Assembly: GCA_963677765.1 (NCBI GenBank)
Contig: OY782392.1
Location: 360,001 to 392,000, forward strand
Length of the DNA stretch: 32,000 bases
Reading direction: 5' to 3'
Origin: Candidatus Saccharimonadota bacterium
GTDB taxonomy: Bacteria > Patescibacteriota > Gracilibacteria > BD1-5 > UBA6164
Shown piece by piece: positions 10,557 to 22,278 of the stretch (positions are counted from its first letter, which is position 1; every line of letters begins with the position of its first letter). Under the pieces are notes generated by a model. The model saw only the letters and a list, made by a program, of their open reading frames with translations, was not told the origin of the DNA and searched no databases. The translations under genes and the position numbers were made by a program.

Positions 10557-10697
10557 ATCACTATATATCATCTTAAAAATTAAATATATTATGATAAATA
10601 TATTTAAAAATAGCATTAAATCAATTAAAATTTGATTTTTAAAATCTTTTAGTTAAATTTATACAAATGTTTAAATTTTTTATACAAAAATTTCTAT

Positions 10698-11102
10698 ATG
10701 ACATTCTATAACAGAAAAGATTACATAAAAAACAATCCATATACAACAAAAGAAAATTGCCAATTTTGTAAAGTATGAAAATGAGAACAATGATTATTAT
10801 TACATAAAACAAAATATTGGGAAATTAGATTTAATAAGTTTCCTTATTATTGATACAAACAAAATTTATTAGCATTCCCTATTAGACATATAGCATATAC
10901 TTATGAACTAAAAAAAGAAGAATTAGAAGATTTTATAAATGTCGAATTTTTTATGAAAGATTATTTTTGAGAAAAAAACTATTTTTCATTTATTAGACAA
11001 TGAACTTGATGAAGAAGTGTGGAACATATACACTATCATTACCTAGAATGAATTTTTATACATTCTAAAGAAAATGAAAAATTATTTGAAGTAATTAATT
11101 AA
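10698..11102 (+). CDS. HIT-family (histidine triad) nucleotide hydrolase/transferase
   Basis: ATG 10698, TAA 11100-11102 (134 aa). CQFC near the N-terminus and the histidine triad SVEHIHYHYL. Confidence 0.75.
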
Positions 11103-11110
11103 AAATAAAA

Positions 11111-11716
11111 ATGAAAGAATTAGATATATCTAAAATTTTTTGATCAAAATGTAGAACAAAACTTTTAGAAAAATTTTTTTTAGAATATGAGTCATGAAAT
11201 AATGATTGATTTCATATGAGATGACTAGCAAGAGATTTAGATGAACAAATAAACTCTATAAAAAGAGAGTTAGATAGCTTAACTGAATTATGAATATTAA
11301 AACATAAATTAGAATTAAGAAAAAAAATATTTTTTGTTAATCCAAAATTTTATTTAATAGATGATTTTACAAATATTTTTATAAAAACATATAATCCTTT
11401 AGATAAAGTTAAAAATTATTTCAAAAATAAACAAGATCTAGAGTTAATAATAATTAATGAAACTGTTAAAAATAAATTAATGACTCCTTGAAAATCTATA
11501 CTTGATATATTTTTAATATGAGAAATAGATAAAGAAGAGTTATGAAACTTTTTAGCAGAAACATTTTATTGAAGAAAAATAAAATATGCAATAATTACTA
11601 CAGAAGATTTCTATAGAAGACTTGAATTTTGAGATAAATTAATAAAAAACATATTAACTGAAAGATGAAACATATACCTTAGAGATAATATGAAAATAAA
11701 AGAAAAGTTATGATAA
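11111..11716 (+). CDS. Winged-helix (ArsR-like) DNA-binding protein with a C-terminal domain of unknown function
   Basis: ATG 11111, TAA 11714-11716 (201 aa). ...FHMRGLARDLDEQINSIKRELDSLTELGILK... is a typical wHTH recognition segment. Confidence 0.55.
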
Positions 11717-11748
11717 AAAAGAAGATAGATTTACTATCTTCTTTTTTT
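11715..11748. terminator. Bidirectional intrinsic terminator
   Basis: AAAAAAGAAGATAG ATTTA CTATCTTCTTTTTT. It overlaps the tsaD stop codon at 11749-11747. Confidence 0.7.
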
Positions 11749-12763
11749 ACATTTTAACAGCTCATATTTTATAAGTAAAGTTGTTATGTTTTATTTTATA
11801 ATAAGTTAATATTCAAACCATAGCAGCATTATCCATACAATAACTTATTTTTGTAGGATATATGAAATTAAGTCAATTTTGTGATGCAAGTTTTGATATA
11901 CTATCTTTTAGTTTATTATTAGCACTTACTCATCATGCTAACATTATAGTTTTCAAACTATGCTGTTTTGCAGCTTCAATAAGTTTCCATGACAAAACTT
12001 CCGTTACTGCATTTTCAAATTCATAACTAATTTCTCTTTTGTCATCTAAAGTTAACTCTCATTTTTCTGTTATTCTTTTATCTACTTCCCTTTTTACACT
12101 TGACTTTAATCATGAAAATGAAAAGTTAAACTCTCTTTTTACCAACCAAACTCTAGGAAAAAGATTGGTAGATTTTCATCATAAATCTTCATATTCTTTT
12201 GATAACTTTGATATAATAGGTCATCAAGGATATCATAATCACATCATTTTTGCAGCCTTATCGAAAGCCTCTCATCATGCATCATCAGAACTAGATCATA
12301 ATTTTTCCAATTCCCACATAGAATTCATTAGATAAATATCGTTATGTCCCCCTGAAACTGTAAGACAAGCTAAAGGAAATTTAATTTCAGACTCATCTCT
12401 ATCTAAAAAATTAGAAAATATATGAGCTTCAATATGATTTATAGGAATAATAGGTATATTTAAAACACTTGATATAGTTCAAGCAACTGTAGTTCATGTT
12501 AATAAAGATGGTAACAATCAGGGACTTGTTGTAACTCATATATAATCTATTTCATCCAATTTTATTCATGTTGAAGATAATACATTATCTAAAACCGAAA
12601 ATATAGAATTTGCATGTTCTCTAGCTGCAACCTCTGGAACAACTCATCAAGTTTCATTATGAATTTTAATTTGACTAGCTGTATCCATAAAGATTAATTT
12701 ATTATCTTCAAATAAAGCAATACTAGTATCATCACAACTTGTTTCAAAAGCCAAAATTTTCAT
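11747..12763 (-). CDS. tsaD: tRNA N6-adenosine threonylcarbamoyltransferase (Kae1/Gcp/TsaD)
   Basis: ATG 12763 and TAA 11749-11747 are in frame (338 aa). MKILAFETSCDDTSIAL..., INHIEAHI, SGGHN, DAGGEAFDKAAKMMGLGYPGGP and MLAGGVSAN are present. Confidence 0.92.
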
Positions 12764-12842
12764 CCTTTTTTTAAAAAAATTATTAATAAATATGAATTAT
12801 TATATATACATTTAAATTAAATCAAAAATAAATGTATTTAAT

Positions 12843-12870
12843 TTGACTAAAATCAAAATTGTTTTATCAT
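12843..12870 (+). promoter_or_regulatory. Putative sigma70-type promoter of the CDP-alcohol phosphatidyltransferase gene
   Basis: TTGACT (12843-12848), 16 nt spacer, TATCAT (12865-12870). -10-like strings are common in DNA this AT-rich, so this is weak. Confidence 0.3.
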
Positions 12871-12902
12871 TAAAGTAGCAATTTTTCAACAGTAATTTAA
12901 AA

Positions 12903-12907
12903 GGAGG
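12903..12907 (+). promoter_or_regulatory. Canonical Shine-Dalgarno sequence
   Basis: AAAGGAGGT with GGAGG 6 nt upstream of ATG 12914. I could not find a comparably spaced GGAGG upstream of any other gene in the window. Confidence 0.7.
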
Positions 12908-12913
12908 TACTAA

Positions 12914-13702
12914 ATGGATAACATTGCAAAAGAAATAAATCTACTTTTTTCAATGTTTGAAGAAAATTTAATTCTTCAAATGGAGATTATAAGTAGTTTA
13001 ATAATAGTTAGTTTAGTTTTAGTACTAGTCTATTTTGGGCTAAAACTAAAAAAAGTAAGAAATTGCTTTGATTGCCATATATATGACAATGAGCCAACAA
13101 ACTTTAAAGAAAGATTAAACTTATACTTATCTGCTCCTCTTATGAGTGGAAACGGTATTTGTATGTGGAGAGTGTATCTCTCAATACCATTGGCAATTAT
13201 CACTGTTATAGTATATGATAACCAAATCCTTTCTTCTATTGTTCTACAAATATATGTTTTTCTTTTTGTGACAGATGCTCTAGATGGAGCTGTTGCAAGA
13301 AGTTTAAATAATGTAACAAATATAGGTAAAGTATTAGATCCATTTGCAGATAAGTTTTTGGATTTAGTAGTCTTGTCTATAGTTGTATATTTTTCTGAAA
13401 ATGTTTTTTTCATGATATCAACAGCTATAATAATAATCTTTGATATCATAGGACAAACAATAAGAGGAAAAACAAAAAATCCTGCTGCTAACTGGGTTGG
13501 AAAAACCAAAACTGTATTCAAAATAATAACAATCTATCTAATAAGCCTAAATAGATATGATTTGAATTTAGAGTACATTGGAACTATATTCATAACTATA
13601 AGCTTAATTTTTACTATTGCCTCTTTTTATCTAAAAGCAAAAGAAAAAATAAAAGCTAAGTTTGAAGCATTAAGAAGACTAGTTATAAAGGATTTAGTAT
13701 AA
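12914..13702 (+). CDS. CDP-alcohol phosphatidyltransferase family membrane protein
   Basis: Uninterrupted 262-aa ORF even in the standard code. It carries the signature DALDGAVARSLNNVTNIGKVLDPFADKFLD (DGx2ARx8Gx3Dx3D). All 9 Gly use GGN and both Trp use TGG. It has its own SD and a GC-rich terminator. Confidence 0.88.
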   Translation: MDNIAKEINLLFSMFEENLILQMEIISSLIIVSLVLVLVYFGLKLKKVRNCFDCHIYDNEPTNFKERLNLYLSAPLMSGNGICMWRVYLSIPLAIITVIVYDNQILSSIVLQIYVFLFVTDALDGAVARSLNNVTNIGKVLDPFADKFLDLVVLSIVVYFSENVFFMISTAIIIIFDIIGQTIRGKTKNPAANWVGKTKTVFKIITIYLISLNRYDLNLEYIGTIFITISLIFTIASFYLKAKEKIKAKFEALRRLVIKDLV

Positions 13703-13706
13703 ATTT

Positions 13707-13735
13707 AAAAGCCGCTTAAGCGGCTTTTTATTTTA
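13707..13735. terminator. Bidirectional intrinsic terminator with a GC-rich stem
   Basis: AAAAGCCGC TTAA GCGGCTTTTT. This is the only all-G/C stem core among the terminators in the window. It overlaps the M3 peptidase stop codon at 13735-13733. Confidence 0.8.
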
Positions 13736-15724
13736 TATTCAATATCTTTGCATAAATGCTTTATTATCTAAATCTCTTCACATAAAATCATAAAATAATT
13801 CTCATGCTTTTTTTCTAGTTCATTGTCATATAATAGTATTCAATAATTTTTGTCATGTTTCTGGAGAAAACATTCATAATTCTTTGATTCTTTCAAAAAC
13901 ATCAGCTTCTAGCATTTCTGCCCACATATATGAGTAATATCAAGCAGAATAACCTCATCAAAAAATATGATTAAATGAACAATACATCTTATAATCATTT
14001 CATCTCTCAAATATAGAATATTTATTAACAATTTCTAAAGTTTTTTTATCTAATTCTTCTATACTATTTGGAATATCTGATGAGTAAAGTGACATATCTA
14101 ATAATGAAAATTCATTTTGTCTTGCAACAAAAACTCAACTCATAAAATGTTTTAAACTTTCAAGTTTTGATATAAGTTCGTCACTTATATTTTCTCAAGT
14201 TTCTACATGTTTAGCTAATTTTTTTAAACTATTTTTATCACTTACCCAGTTTTCCATAAGCTGGCTTGGTAGCTCAACAAAATCCCGTTCTACTCAAAAT
14301 CATGATAATTCAGAATATTTACTTTGAGATAACAATTCATGTAAAGCATGTCAAAATTCATGAAATAAAGTTTCAACATCTCTCATATATAATGTAGTTT
14401 TTCAATAATTAGATTTTTGGAAATTACAAACATTTAATATAACAGGAACTATATTTTCTGGAAAATACTCTTTTGATCTCATATTATCTGCCCAAGCTCA
14501 AGGTCTTTTACCTTTTCTATAAAATGCATCTAAAAAATAATAAGAAATTAATTCACCTCATTTATATATTTCATAAATTCTTATATTTTCATTATAAGAT
14601 TCTTTTTTTAGTTCTTTTATTTCAATAGAATAAAATTTTTCAACAAAAGAAAATAAATAATTTAAAACATTTTCAAATTCAAAATATTTTTTTATTTCTT
14701 TTTCATCCAAACTATACTTTTCTTCTTTTAAAATTCTTGAATAATATGCTAAATCATGAGATTCTATATTATCTAAATTAAAATAACTCTTCAATTCAGA
14801 AATATCTCTATTAGCTTTTACTCTAGCTTTTTTAGATATACCCTCTACTAACTCAAATATTTGTTCAGGAGATTCAGCCATTTTAGAATTCAAACTTAAT
14901 TCTGCATAATTTTTATATCAAAGTATTTTAGCCTTTTCATCTTTTAGTTTTAAAATCTCTAAAATATTTTCTCTATTATCATATTTTCATTTTGATGCAG
15001 TTGTGTAAGAAGCTTTAGAAATATCTTTTCTAACATTAGTATCATGACAATATTTCATAAGGGCTTGATTACTTGTTGGATCAGCATCAAATAAATATCA
15101 TCATTTATCTTTTCATGCATCTTTTGCTATTTCTAATATTTCCGCTGGTAAATCTTTTATAATTTCAAAATCTGTAATAAGATATTCAAACTCTTTTTCT
15201 TCATCAACTATATTATTTGTAAACTTATCACTTAACTCTCATAGCTTTTTATTTATTTCTTTTATTCTATTTTGTTTGTCAGAACCTAAGTCTATTCATC
15301 TATCTTTAAATGCCTTTATTCTTAAATCCATTATCCTTCTTTGTTCATCATCTAACTCAAAATTTTCACTAACAAATAAATATTTTTCAAATAAATCCTT
15401 AGAATAAGCTACTTCATTTGAAAAGTCTTGTAATTCAGGCCTAAATGACTCAATTATACTTCTTAATTTGTCACTTGAATCAACATTTTCTAAATGATTT
15501 AATAAACTCCAAAAATAATCTAAAGAACTCTCATCTTCAAATGAATCAAAAGTTAAATCTTTATTATCAATCTTTAAAAGTTTTTCAAATTCTTGTTTTT
15601 CTTTTTCTAATAATTCTTTTAATAAATCCAAAGAAACATCTAAAACTTCTTCACTAAAAAGAAACTTTAAATCAGGAAAATTTTTATTTCTTAATTCATC
15701 TAATATTCTTTCTTTTAATTTCAT
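13733..15724 (-). CDS. M3-family zinc metallopeptidase (oligopeptidase A / peptidyl-dipeptidase Dcp-like)
   Basis: ATG 15724 and TAA 13735-13733 are in frame (663 aa). It joins track ORFs 15296..15724 and 14558..14893. The zinc motif [15 protein letters not shown] is at 14362-14348, in frame, with its Gly encoded by TGA. Confidence 0.88.
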
Positions 15725-15770
15725 TTATTTTTATTTAATTTACTAATTTTTTGTAAAGTTATTTTAATAA

Positions 15771-15798
15771 AAAAACTAGATTTTACAATCTAGTTTTT
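15771..15798 (-). terminator. Intrinsic terminator of the large orphan gene
   Basis: On the minus strand: AAAAACTAGATT GTAA AATCTAGTTTTT followed by a T-rich run. The TAG stop (15792-15790) lies inside the stem. Confidence 0.6.
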
Positions 15799-18213
15799 AA
15801 TTTCAAAACTATCTAAAAATCCCTTTAAATAATCACTAAAAATTGAATCGAATAATCATTCGACAATAACTAACTTATTATATTTTTCAGAATAAAAAAT
15901 TTTTTGATATGTTGGATTTACATTACAAAAAGGATTTGGTCAATCTCAATCCTTATAATCAGGAAATTCTTCATAAAGTTTTTTAGTACTAACCGTTATA
16001 TCAATAGTAAAATAATCTTTATTATTTATGATGATTTTATCTGAAGCTCAACAATCCAATCAATATTTATTTTTGATAAATTTATCTAAATCTGAAAAGT
16101 CAGAAATATTATAAATAAATATATTAGTTCAAAATTCACTTTTTGTTTTATTATCTATGAATTTAATAAAATTATATCATTCATATATAGATACATCAAA
16201 CTCATCATATAAACTAAAAAAAGTATTAAATTTTATTCATTTATTATTATATATATCACTTAAAGGTTTATAATAACCATCTAAATAATAAAAATAACTC
16301 TTTTTCTCTTTTATTCATGAAGAATTAGATTTATAATATTCTATTTTAAGAATATCTCATAATAATTCATAAGATATAAACTCAGTGAAAATATTAGGTC
16401 AATCCTTTGGAGAAAAAATATTATTTATATCTAAATTATTATTTATTTCTAGTATAAAGGTACCTCAATAAGTATTTTGTTCTAAAATTATTTTTTCATC
16501 ATTTTTATAAATTTCTTTATAGTACAATAATCCTATTTCTTTTTTTTCTAGAGTATTAGTATTAAACAATATGGATTTTCATCACTCATAATAATACCTA
16601 TTAATTAAAAATATATCTCAATATAAATGATTAATATCTATTTTTTTTATTAATTCTCTTTGAATTTCATCTAAATCAATATCTGGTTTAACATCTCAGT
16701 TAGATATACAATAATTAAAATGATCACATGCATATCAAGGAGAAAAACTATCTAAATCATTTTTTTCTTCATATATAATATTTCAATCATATTCTACATA
16801 AGTTTTTTCATCATTTTGCAAAATATTAATATTATTAAATAATGAATCTTCATTATTTTTAATACTCTTGCTTGAAGTCAACTCTTGAGTTTCTAAAGCC
16901 TCTATTTTTTCTTCTATATTTTTTATTAAGTTAACTCTATTCTCATGAATTCTTTCCTCTTTTTCAAATAAATAATCATTATCATATGAATTTAATGAAA
17001 TAATTTTTCTTCAAATATAATTAGATATTCATTTATAATTAAATAAGTTTTCTTTAATTTTAATAAATATATCAGTTCCATTATTTTTATCTAAAAAATT
17101 ATATCAAATATAGTAATTTAATAATATAGTTTCTTCAGCTGAAAAAAACAAATTATTAGAAATTTTTTCTATTAATGTTCTATTCGAATAAGATTTTGTA
17201 TTATCTAATATTTCTGATGTAATATCTGTAATTCACAGTCAGTATTTTTTTAATTTTAATATATTTTCTTCAAATATTTTATATTCACGCTTTATTGGAT
17301 TAATAAGAAAATTCTCATCTATATAATTATTTTTAAAATAATATCTAATTTTATCTAAATTTTCTTTTCATAAATTATAATTATTAATAAAATATTCTAT
17401 TGTTAATAAATTATCATTATTATTATTTAATAAAATAAGAGATGGAAATATATCTGCATCAAATTTATTAATCAAATAATCTAAAAATTCCTGATTCTCT
17501 ATTATAATATCTACTCACATATCAATATTTCAAGATTCAATCAAGCTATAAGATAGATATCTTACAGCTCTGAAATAATCTATAGAGTAATCTTTCATAT
17601 TTAATTCTGAACTATAATCAATTGGATATAAAAAAAATTCATTTTTCATTATATCATCATAGTAATATTTATTTGTCTCATAAAACTCATTAAATAATAT
17701 TAATGATTTTTGTAAATCCTCTTTATATTTATTTTCAAAAAATTCTTCTTTATATGAATTAATTATATTATCTACTTCTTCAAGACTTAATCAATCTTCC
17801 CTATATTCTATTTTTATTTTTATTATTTCATTATTTTTATAATTTTCATAAATAGACTCTTCACATTTATTTTTATTATATATAATACAATCAATTTTAC
17901 TTCACAAAATTTTTAAGTGATTATAATTATCAAAATATAAACCATTATCTTTATCTAAAGATAGTAAATCTATACTATATGATTTTCAAAAAGATTCCAT
18001 AAATTTTTGATAATCTTCATATCAATTCTCTTCTGAATATATATCTTTATCTTGATATTTAGTATCAAAATATCATTTTGGAATATTAAAATCTGATTCT
18101 GTATAAAGGTTTTGTTTTGATAAATATAAAACTATAGAAAAAATAGTTATTAATAAAATAATAAAAAAGAAAATATATTTAAATATTTTTCATAAAAGTT
18201 TGATTTTATTCAT
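15790..18213 (-). CDS. Large (807 aa) N-terminally membrane-anchored protein of unknown function
   Basis: ATG 18213 and TAG 15792-15790 are in frame with TGA=Gly. TM segment IFKYIFFFIILLITIFSIVLYL, then an Asn/Tyr/Glu-rich sequence with no motif I recognise. Confidence 0.6.
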
Positions 18214-18273
18214 TTTAATGTTATTTATAAATATATATTATCATAATATCAAAATAATAAATAAAAAACAAAT

Positions 18274-18942
18274 ATGATTAATAATTCATGGAAAGAAATT
18301 TTAAATGAAGAGTTTAATAAAGATTATTTCAAAAAAATAGAAGAAAAAATAAAAGAAGACAAAAAAAATTGAATAACTATCTACCCTGAAGAAAAAAATA
18401 TTTTTGCAGCATTTGAAAAAACTGACTTCAAAGACTTAAAAGTAGTTATAATATGACAAGATCCATATCATCAAAAATGACAAGCTCAAGGTTTTTGTTT
18501 TTCTGTACCTAATTGATTTAAGCTTCCACCAAGCTTAAAAAATATATATAAAGAATTAAATAATTCATTAGGAATAGATAATTGATTAAATTGAGATTTA
18601 ACACCATGGACTAAAGAGTGAGTATTTTTATTAAATGCAAGCTTAACCGTTCAAGAATCAAAACCAATGAGTCATGCAAAAATATGATGGGAAATTTTTA
18701 CTGATAATATAATAAAGCATATATCAGATAAAAAATCAGATGTTATTTTTCTTTTATGGTGATGATTCGCTCAATCTAAGAAAAAACTTATAGATCAAGA
18801 AAAACATCATATTTTAGAAACAAGTCACCCATCTCCATTGTGAGCATATAGATGATTTTTATGATCTAATTGTTTTAAAGAAGTAAATAATATATTAAAA
18901 AATATATGAAAAAAAGAAATTAATTGGTTAATAACAAGATAA
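18274..18942 (+). CDS. ung: Uracil-DNA glycosylase (family 1)
   Basis: ATG 18274, TAA 18940-18942 (222 aa). VVIIGQDPYH has its Gly encoded by TGA at 18454-18456. GQAQGFCFSV, LLNASLTV and HPSPLGA motifs are present. Confidence 0.93.
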
Positions 18943-19187
18943 TGAAAGAATTTATTAGAAAAATATTATTATTCATTTTATATTGAGCAATATCAATATG
19001 GCCATGAATGATTATATGATATGCTGCATACTGATACTTTTGTCAAAATATAAATTTTGAAAATTTTTGTAAAATAAAACAATCATGAGATAGGATATAT
19101 GATTTTGAATTTTGAGTACTATCAATTTTATTAATATGGTTAATAATATTAATTATTATTTTTAGAAAAACTAAAAAAGAAGACTAA
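18942..19187 (+). CDS. Small two-helix membrane protein (81 aa), unknown function
   Basis: The ATG overlaps the ung stop (TAATG). TAA 19185-19187. Hydrophobic segments ILLFILYGAISIWPGMIIGYAAY and GVLSILLIWLIILIIIF. Confidence 0.5.
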
Positions 19188-19204
19188 TATGTTAGTCTTC
19201 TTTT
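19174..19204. terminator. Bidirectional intrinsic terminator containing both convergent stop codons
   Basis: AAAAGAAGACTAA TATG TTAGTCTTCTTTT. Each arm carries GAAGACTAA, the last codons and stop of one gene. Confidence 0.7.
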
Positions 19205-19503
19205 AATAATATTTTTTTATTAAAACCTCACCTTAGTTCCCTTTTAGTTTTTTGCATATTTAAAACATCTTCTTTATCAATTTTTTCATTTTCTAAAATA
19301 GAATCAATAACTTCATATAAATCTGCTATTTCTTCTATTATTTCAGATTTTGTTTTTGCTTCTATTACTTCTTTTGATTCTTCAATTAATTTTTCAAATA
19401 ATTTTATTTTGAACTCTTCTTGATTAGCTATAAAAATAGAAATTTGTTCTCATTTTGATTTAACTATTTCAGGAATTTTATCACGGATTAATTTTGTTTT
19501 CAT
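19192..19503 (-). CDS. MazG-like / PRA-PH-like nucleoside triphosphate pyrophosphohydrolase (house-cleaning type)
   Basis: ATG 19503, TAA 19194-19192 (103 aa). MKTKLIRDKIPEIVKSKGE..., EEIADLYEVIDSIL and ...RGGFNKKILL match the small all-alpha NTP-PPase pattern. Confidence 0.7.
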
Positions 19504-19507
19504 ATTG

Positions 19508-20533
19508 TTATGATAATTGATTTAAAATTTCATCAGTTTTTTTAGAATAACTAATTCATAAAAATGGTATTTCATAAACATGGCTTAATATTATTGAATG
19601 TAATCTCATAGATATACAAAAATCAATTTTTTTATTTTTATATATATCATAAACTCATTCCATATTTTCTATTATTTCAACTCACTTTTCTCAAGCAAAA
19701 TTAGTTAAAAACAAAAAATCATTAGCCATATCATCATAAGGATGAAAGCTATGTGGCATAAGTATAACCTTAGCTCAATTACTTACTAAATAATTTATTA
19801 TCTCCCTTATTCTTCACTCCTCCATTCTATTTGAAATATTTGATTTTTTAACAAAATATCACTGCCTAATTGCTAATCAAACTTTTTTTCCTTCTAAATC
19901 AAAATCTTTAAAAATATTTTTATTAAAACTATATGAATTTACAACTCATATAAGTGATTTAACAGATGTAATAACATCTCATTTATCAAAAAAAACTGGA
20001 TCTTTTTCTAAAAAACTATCAATTCATAAATTTGATAATAAATCTTTACTATAAGAATCTCTAACTTCTATTTTATTCGCTTTATAAAAAATACTTTTTA
20101 CTTTTTTTAAATTAGATTCATTTTTTATATTTATTCATACTCTAAAAAAATTATACTTTTTTCTAAAAAAATTAAAAAATCTAACTCTAAAAAGCCAAGA
20201 ATCCAAAGGAGATTTATTTTCTTGAATCTCATTATCATATATTATTCAACCTCATCATAATATAATTAAATCTGATATAATAATAATTCTTAAAAAATTA
20301 ATAAATGATATAAAATTTTTAAAGAAATTAATAGGCTTTTTAATTCATATAGGAAAATAATTACAATAAAAAACATTATCTTTTTTTAAAAAAAGATTTT
20401 TTTTATCATATGTAAAAACATAAAACTCTGTTTTATTTCAATATTGTTTTTCTAAAATATTTATTTCATTTTTTAAAATTAATTCATCTCCTAAGTTCTG
20501 TGCTCATATTGAAGCAAAAATAGCTATTTTCAT
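19508..20533 (-). CDS. Polysaccharide pyruvyl transferase family protein (CsaB-like)
   Basis: ATG 20533, TAA 19510-19508 (341 aa). IGAQNLGDELIL, LIILGGGGII and ISMRLHSIILS motifs are present. Confidence 0.75.
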
Positions 20534-20604
20534 TTTTTATACTAATTTAACTTATATAATTTTTAGTATTATATATAATTTAACAAAAAACACACAAAAA
20601 AAAA

Positions 20605-22140
20605 CTAATTATCATCTTTTTTTCTGTAACCAATAGCTTCTAATAAATGATGTTTTTCAATATCTTTTGCTCAATCTAAGTCTGCTATAGTTCTTGATAA
20701 TTTAATTATTCTATAATAGCTTCTAGCTGATAAATTCATATTATCTACTGCTTTTTTCAAAATTTCTTCTGTTTCAATATTCAAATGACAATATTTATTT
20801 ATATCTTTCGTAGTCATTTCACTATTGAATTTTAAATTACTTCATTTAAATCTTAGTTCTTGTATTTTCCTAGATTTTTCTACTCTATTTTTTATATCTA
20901 AACTTGTTTCTACATTAGAATAATCTCAATTTACTTTAAACTTATTTGTATCAACTTTTGAAACTTCGATAAATAAATCAATTCTATCAACCAAAGGTCA
21001 TGATAATTTAGATCTATATTTTTTTATTTGCTCTGCACTATCAATACATTCTCTATCAGGATCTGTCAAAAATCAACAAGGACAAGGATTCATACTTCAA
21101 ACAAGTATAAATTTTGATGGATATTTAAAACTAGCATTTGCTCTATTAATATTAATTTCTCAATCTTCTAATGGTTGCCTTAAAACCTCTAAAACTGACT
21201 TATTAAATTCTAATATTTCATCTAGGAATAAAACTCATCTATGAGCTAAAGATATTTCTCAAGGTTTTGCATTTCTTCATCATCAAATAATAGAAATAGA
21301 ACTTGCTGTATGATGAACAGCTCTAAAAGGCCTCTTTATTATTAAAGGATTATTAGAATCGAGATATCAACATATACTATAAATTTTTGAAACTTCTATT
21401 GATTCATCAATAGTCATATCAGGTAATATAGTTGAAAAAGTTTTTGATAACATAGTTTTTCACGATCATGGAGGTCAAGACATAATTATATTATGTCATC
21501 AACTAGCAGCTATTTCTAAAGCTCTTTTTGCATGTTCTTGTCATAATATATATTTGAAATCATAAATAGATTTTTCAAATTTATTTTTAAAATTTAAAAA
21601 ATCTATTTTTTCAAGAATATTTAATGGTTTATTCTTATTTAATTGATTTATTAAATCACTTAATGATTCAACTCAAATAATATCTATTCATGGTATAATA
21701 GAAACTTCATAAGAATTATCTATAGGAATAAAAATTCTTTTAAATCAATTTTCTTTGGCTCATATAACACTAGGTAAAACCCCCTCTACTCTTCTAAGTC
21801 TTCAATCAAGAGATAATTCTCATATAAAGATTGATTTTTTTATATAAAAGTTTGATAATACATTTTGATTAAGCAAAATTCAAACTGCAATTGATAAATC
21901 AAATATAGGGCCTGTTTTTTTTATATCTGCTGGTGCCATGTTTACTGTAATTCTAGAACTTGGGATTTTAAAATTACTAGATTTTATAGCAGATCTAAGC
22001 CTTTCTTTACTTTCTTGTACTCACTTATCTGGTAATCAAACTATTGTAAAACTAGGTAATCAATTATTTATATCAACTTCAACTTCAATTATATCAAAAT
22101 ATAATCAATTAATAGCTATAGAGTTAATTTTACTAATCAT
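20605..22140 (-). CDS. comM: YifB/ComM-family Mg-chelatase-like AAA+ ATPase (competence-associated helicase family)
   Basis: ATG 22140 and TAG 20607-20605 are in frame (511 aa). N-terminal Lon-like MISKINSIAINGLYFDIIEVEVDINNGLPSFTIVGLPDKGVQESKERL... and C-terminal ...HHLLEAIGYR. Confidence 0.85.
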
Positions 22141-22278
22141 AATAAAATAGTTATTATTAAATAATAAACCAAATATAATGAAGCTATATTAAAAAAACAT
22201 TAAAATAATTAATAATTTTGATTTTTTTTATTTTTTATTAAAATAATAATAACAATTTTAAAAATAATTTTTAAAGAT

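Noticed and set aside
10557-10697. Possible T-box riboswitch upstream of tyrS.
   Set aside because: The 5' region is only about 140 nt and almost pure A/T. It has no T-box consensus (AGGGUGGNACCGCG-like) and no terminator/antiterminator pair.
13030-13521. 163-aa minus-strand ORF from the track, antisense to the CDP-alcohol phosphatidyltransferase gene.
   Set aside because: It lies entirely within a well-supported + strand gene, has no recognisable motif or start context, and is explained by the unusually TGA-poor, less AT-rich sequence there.
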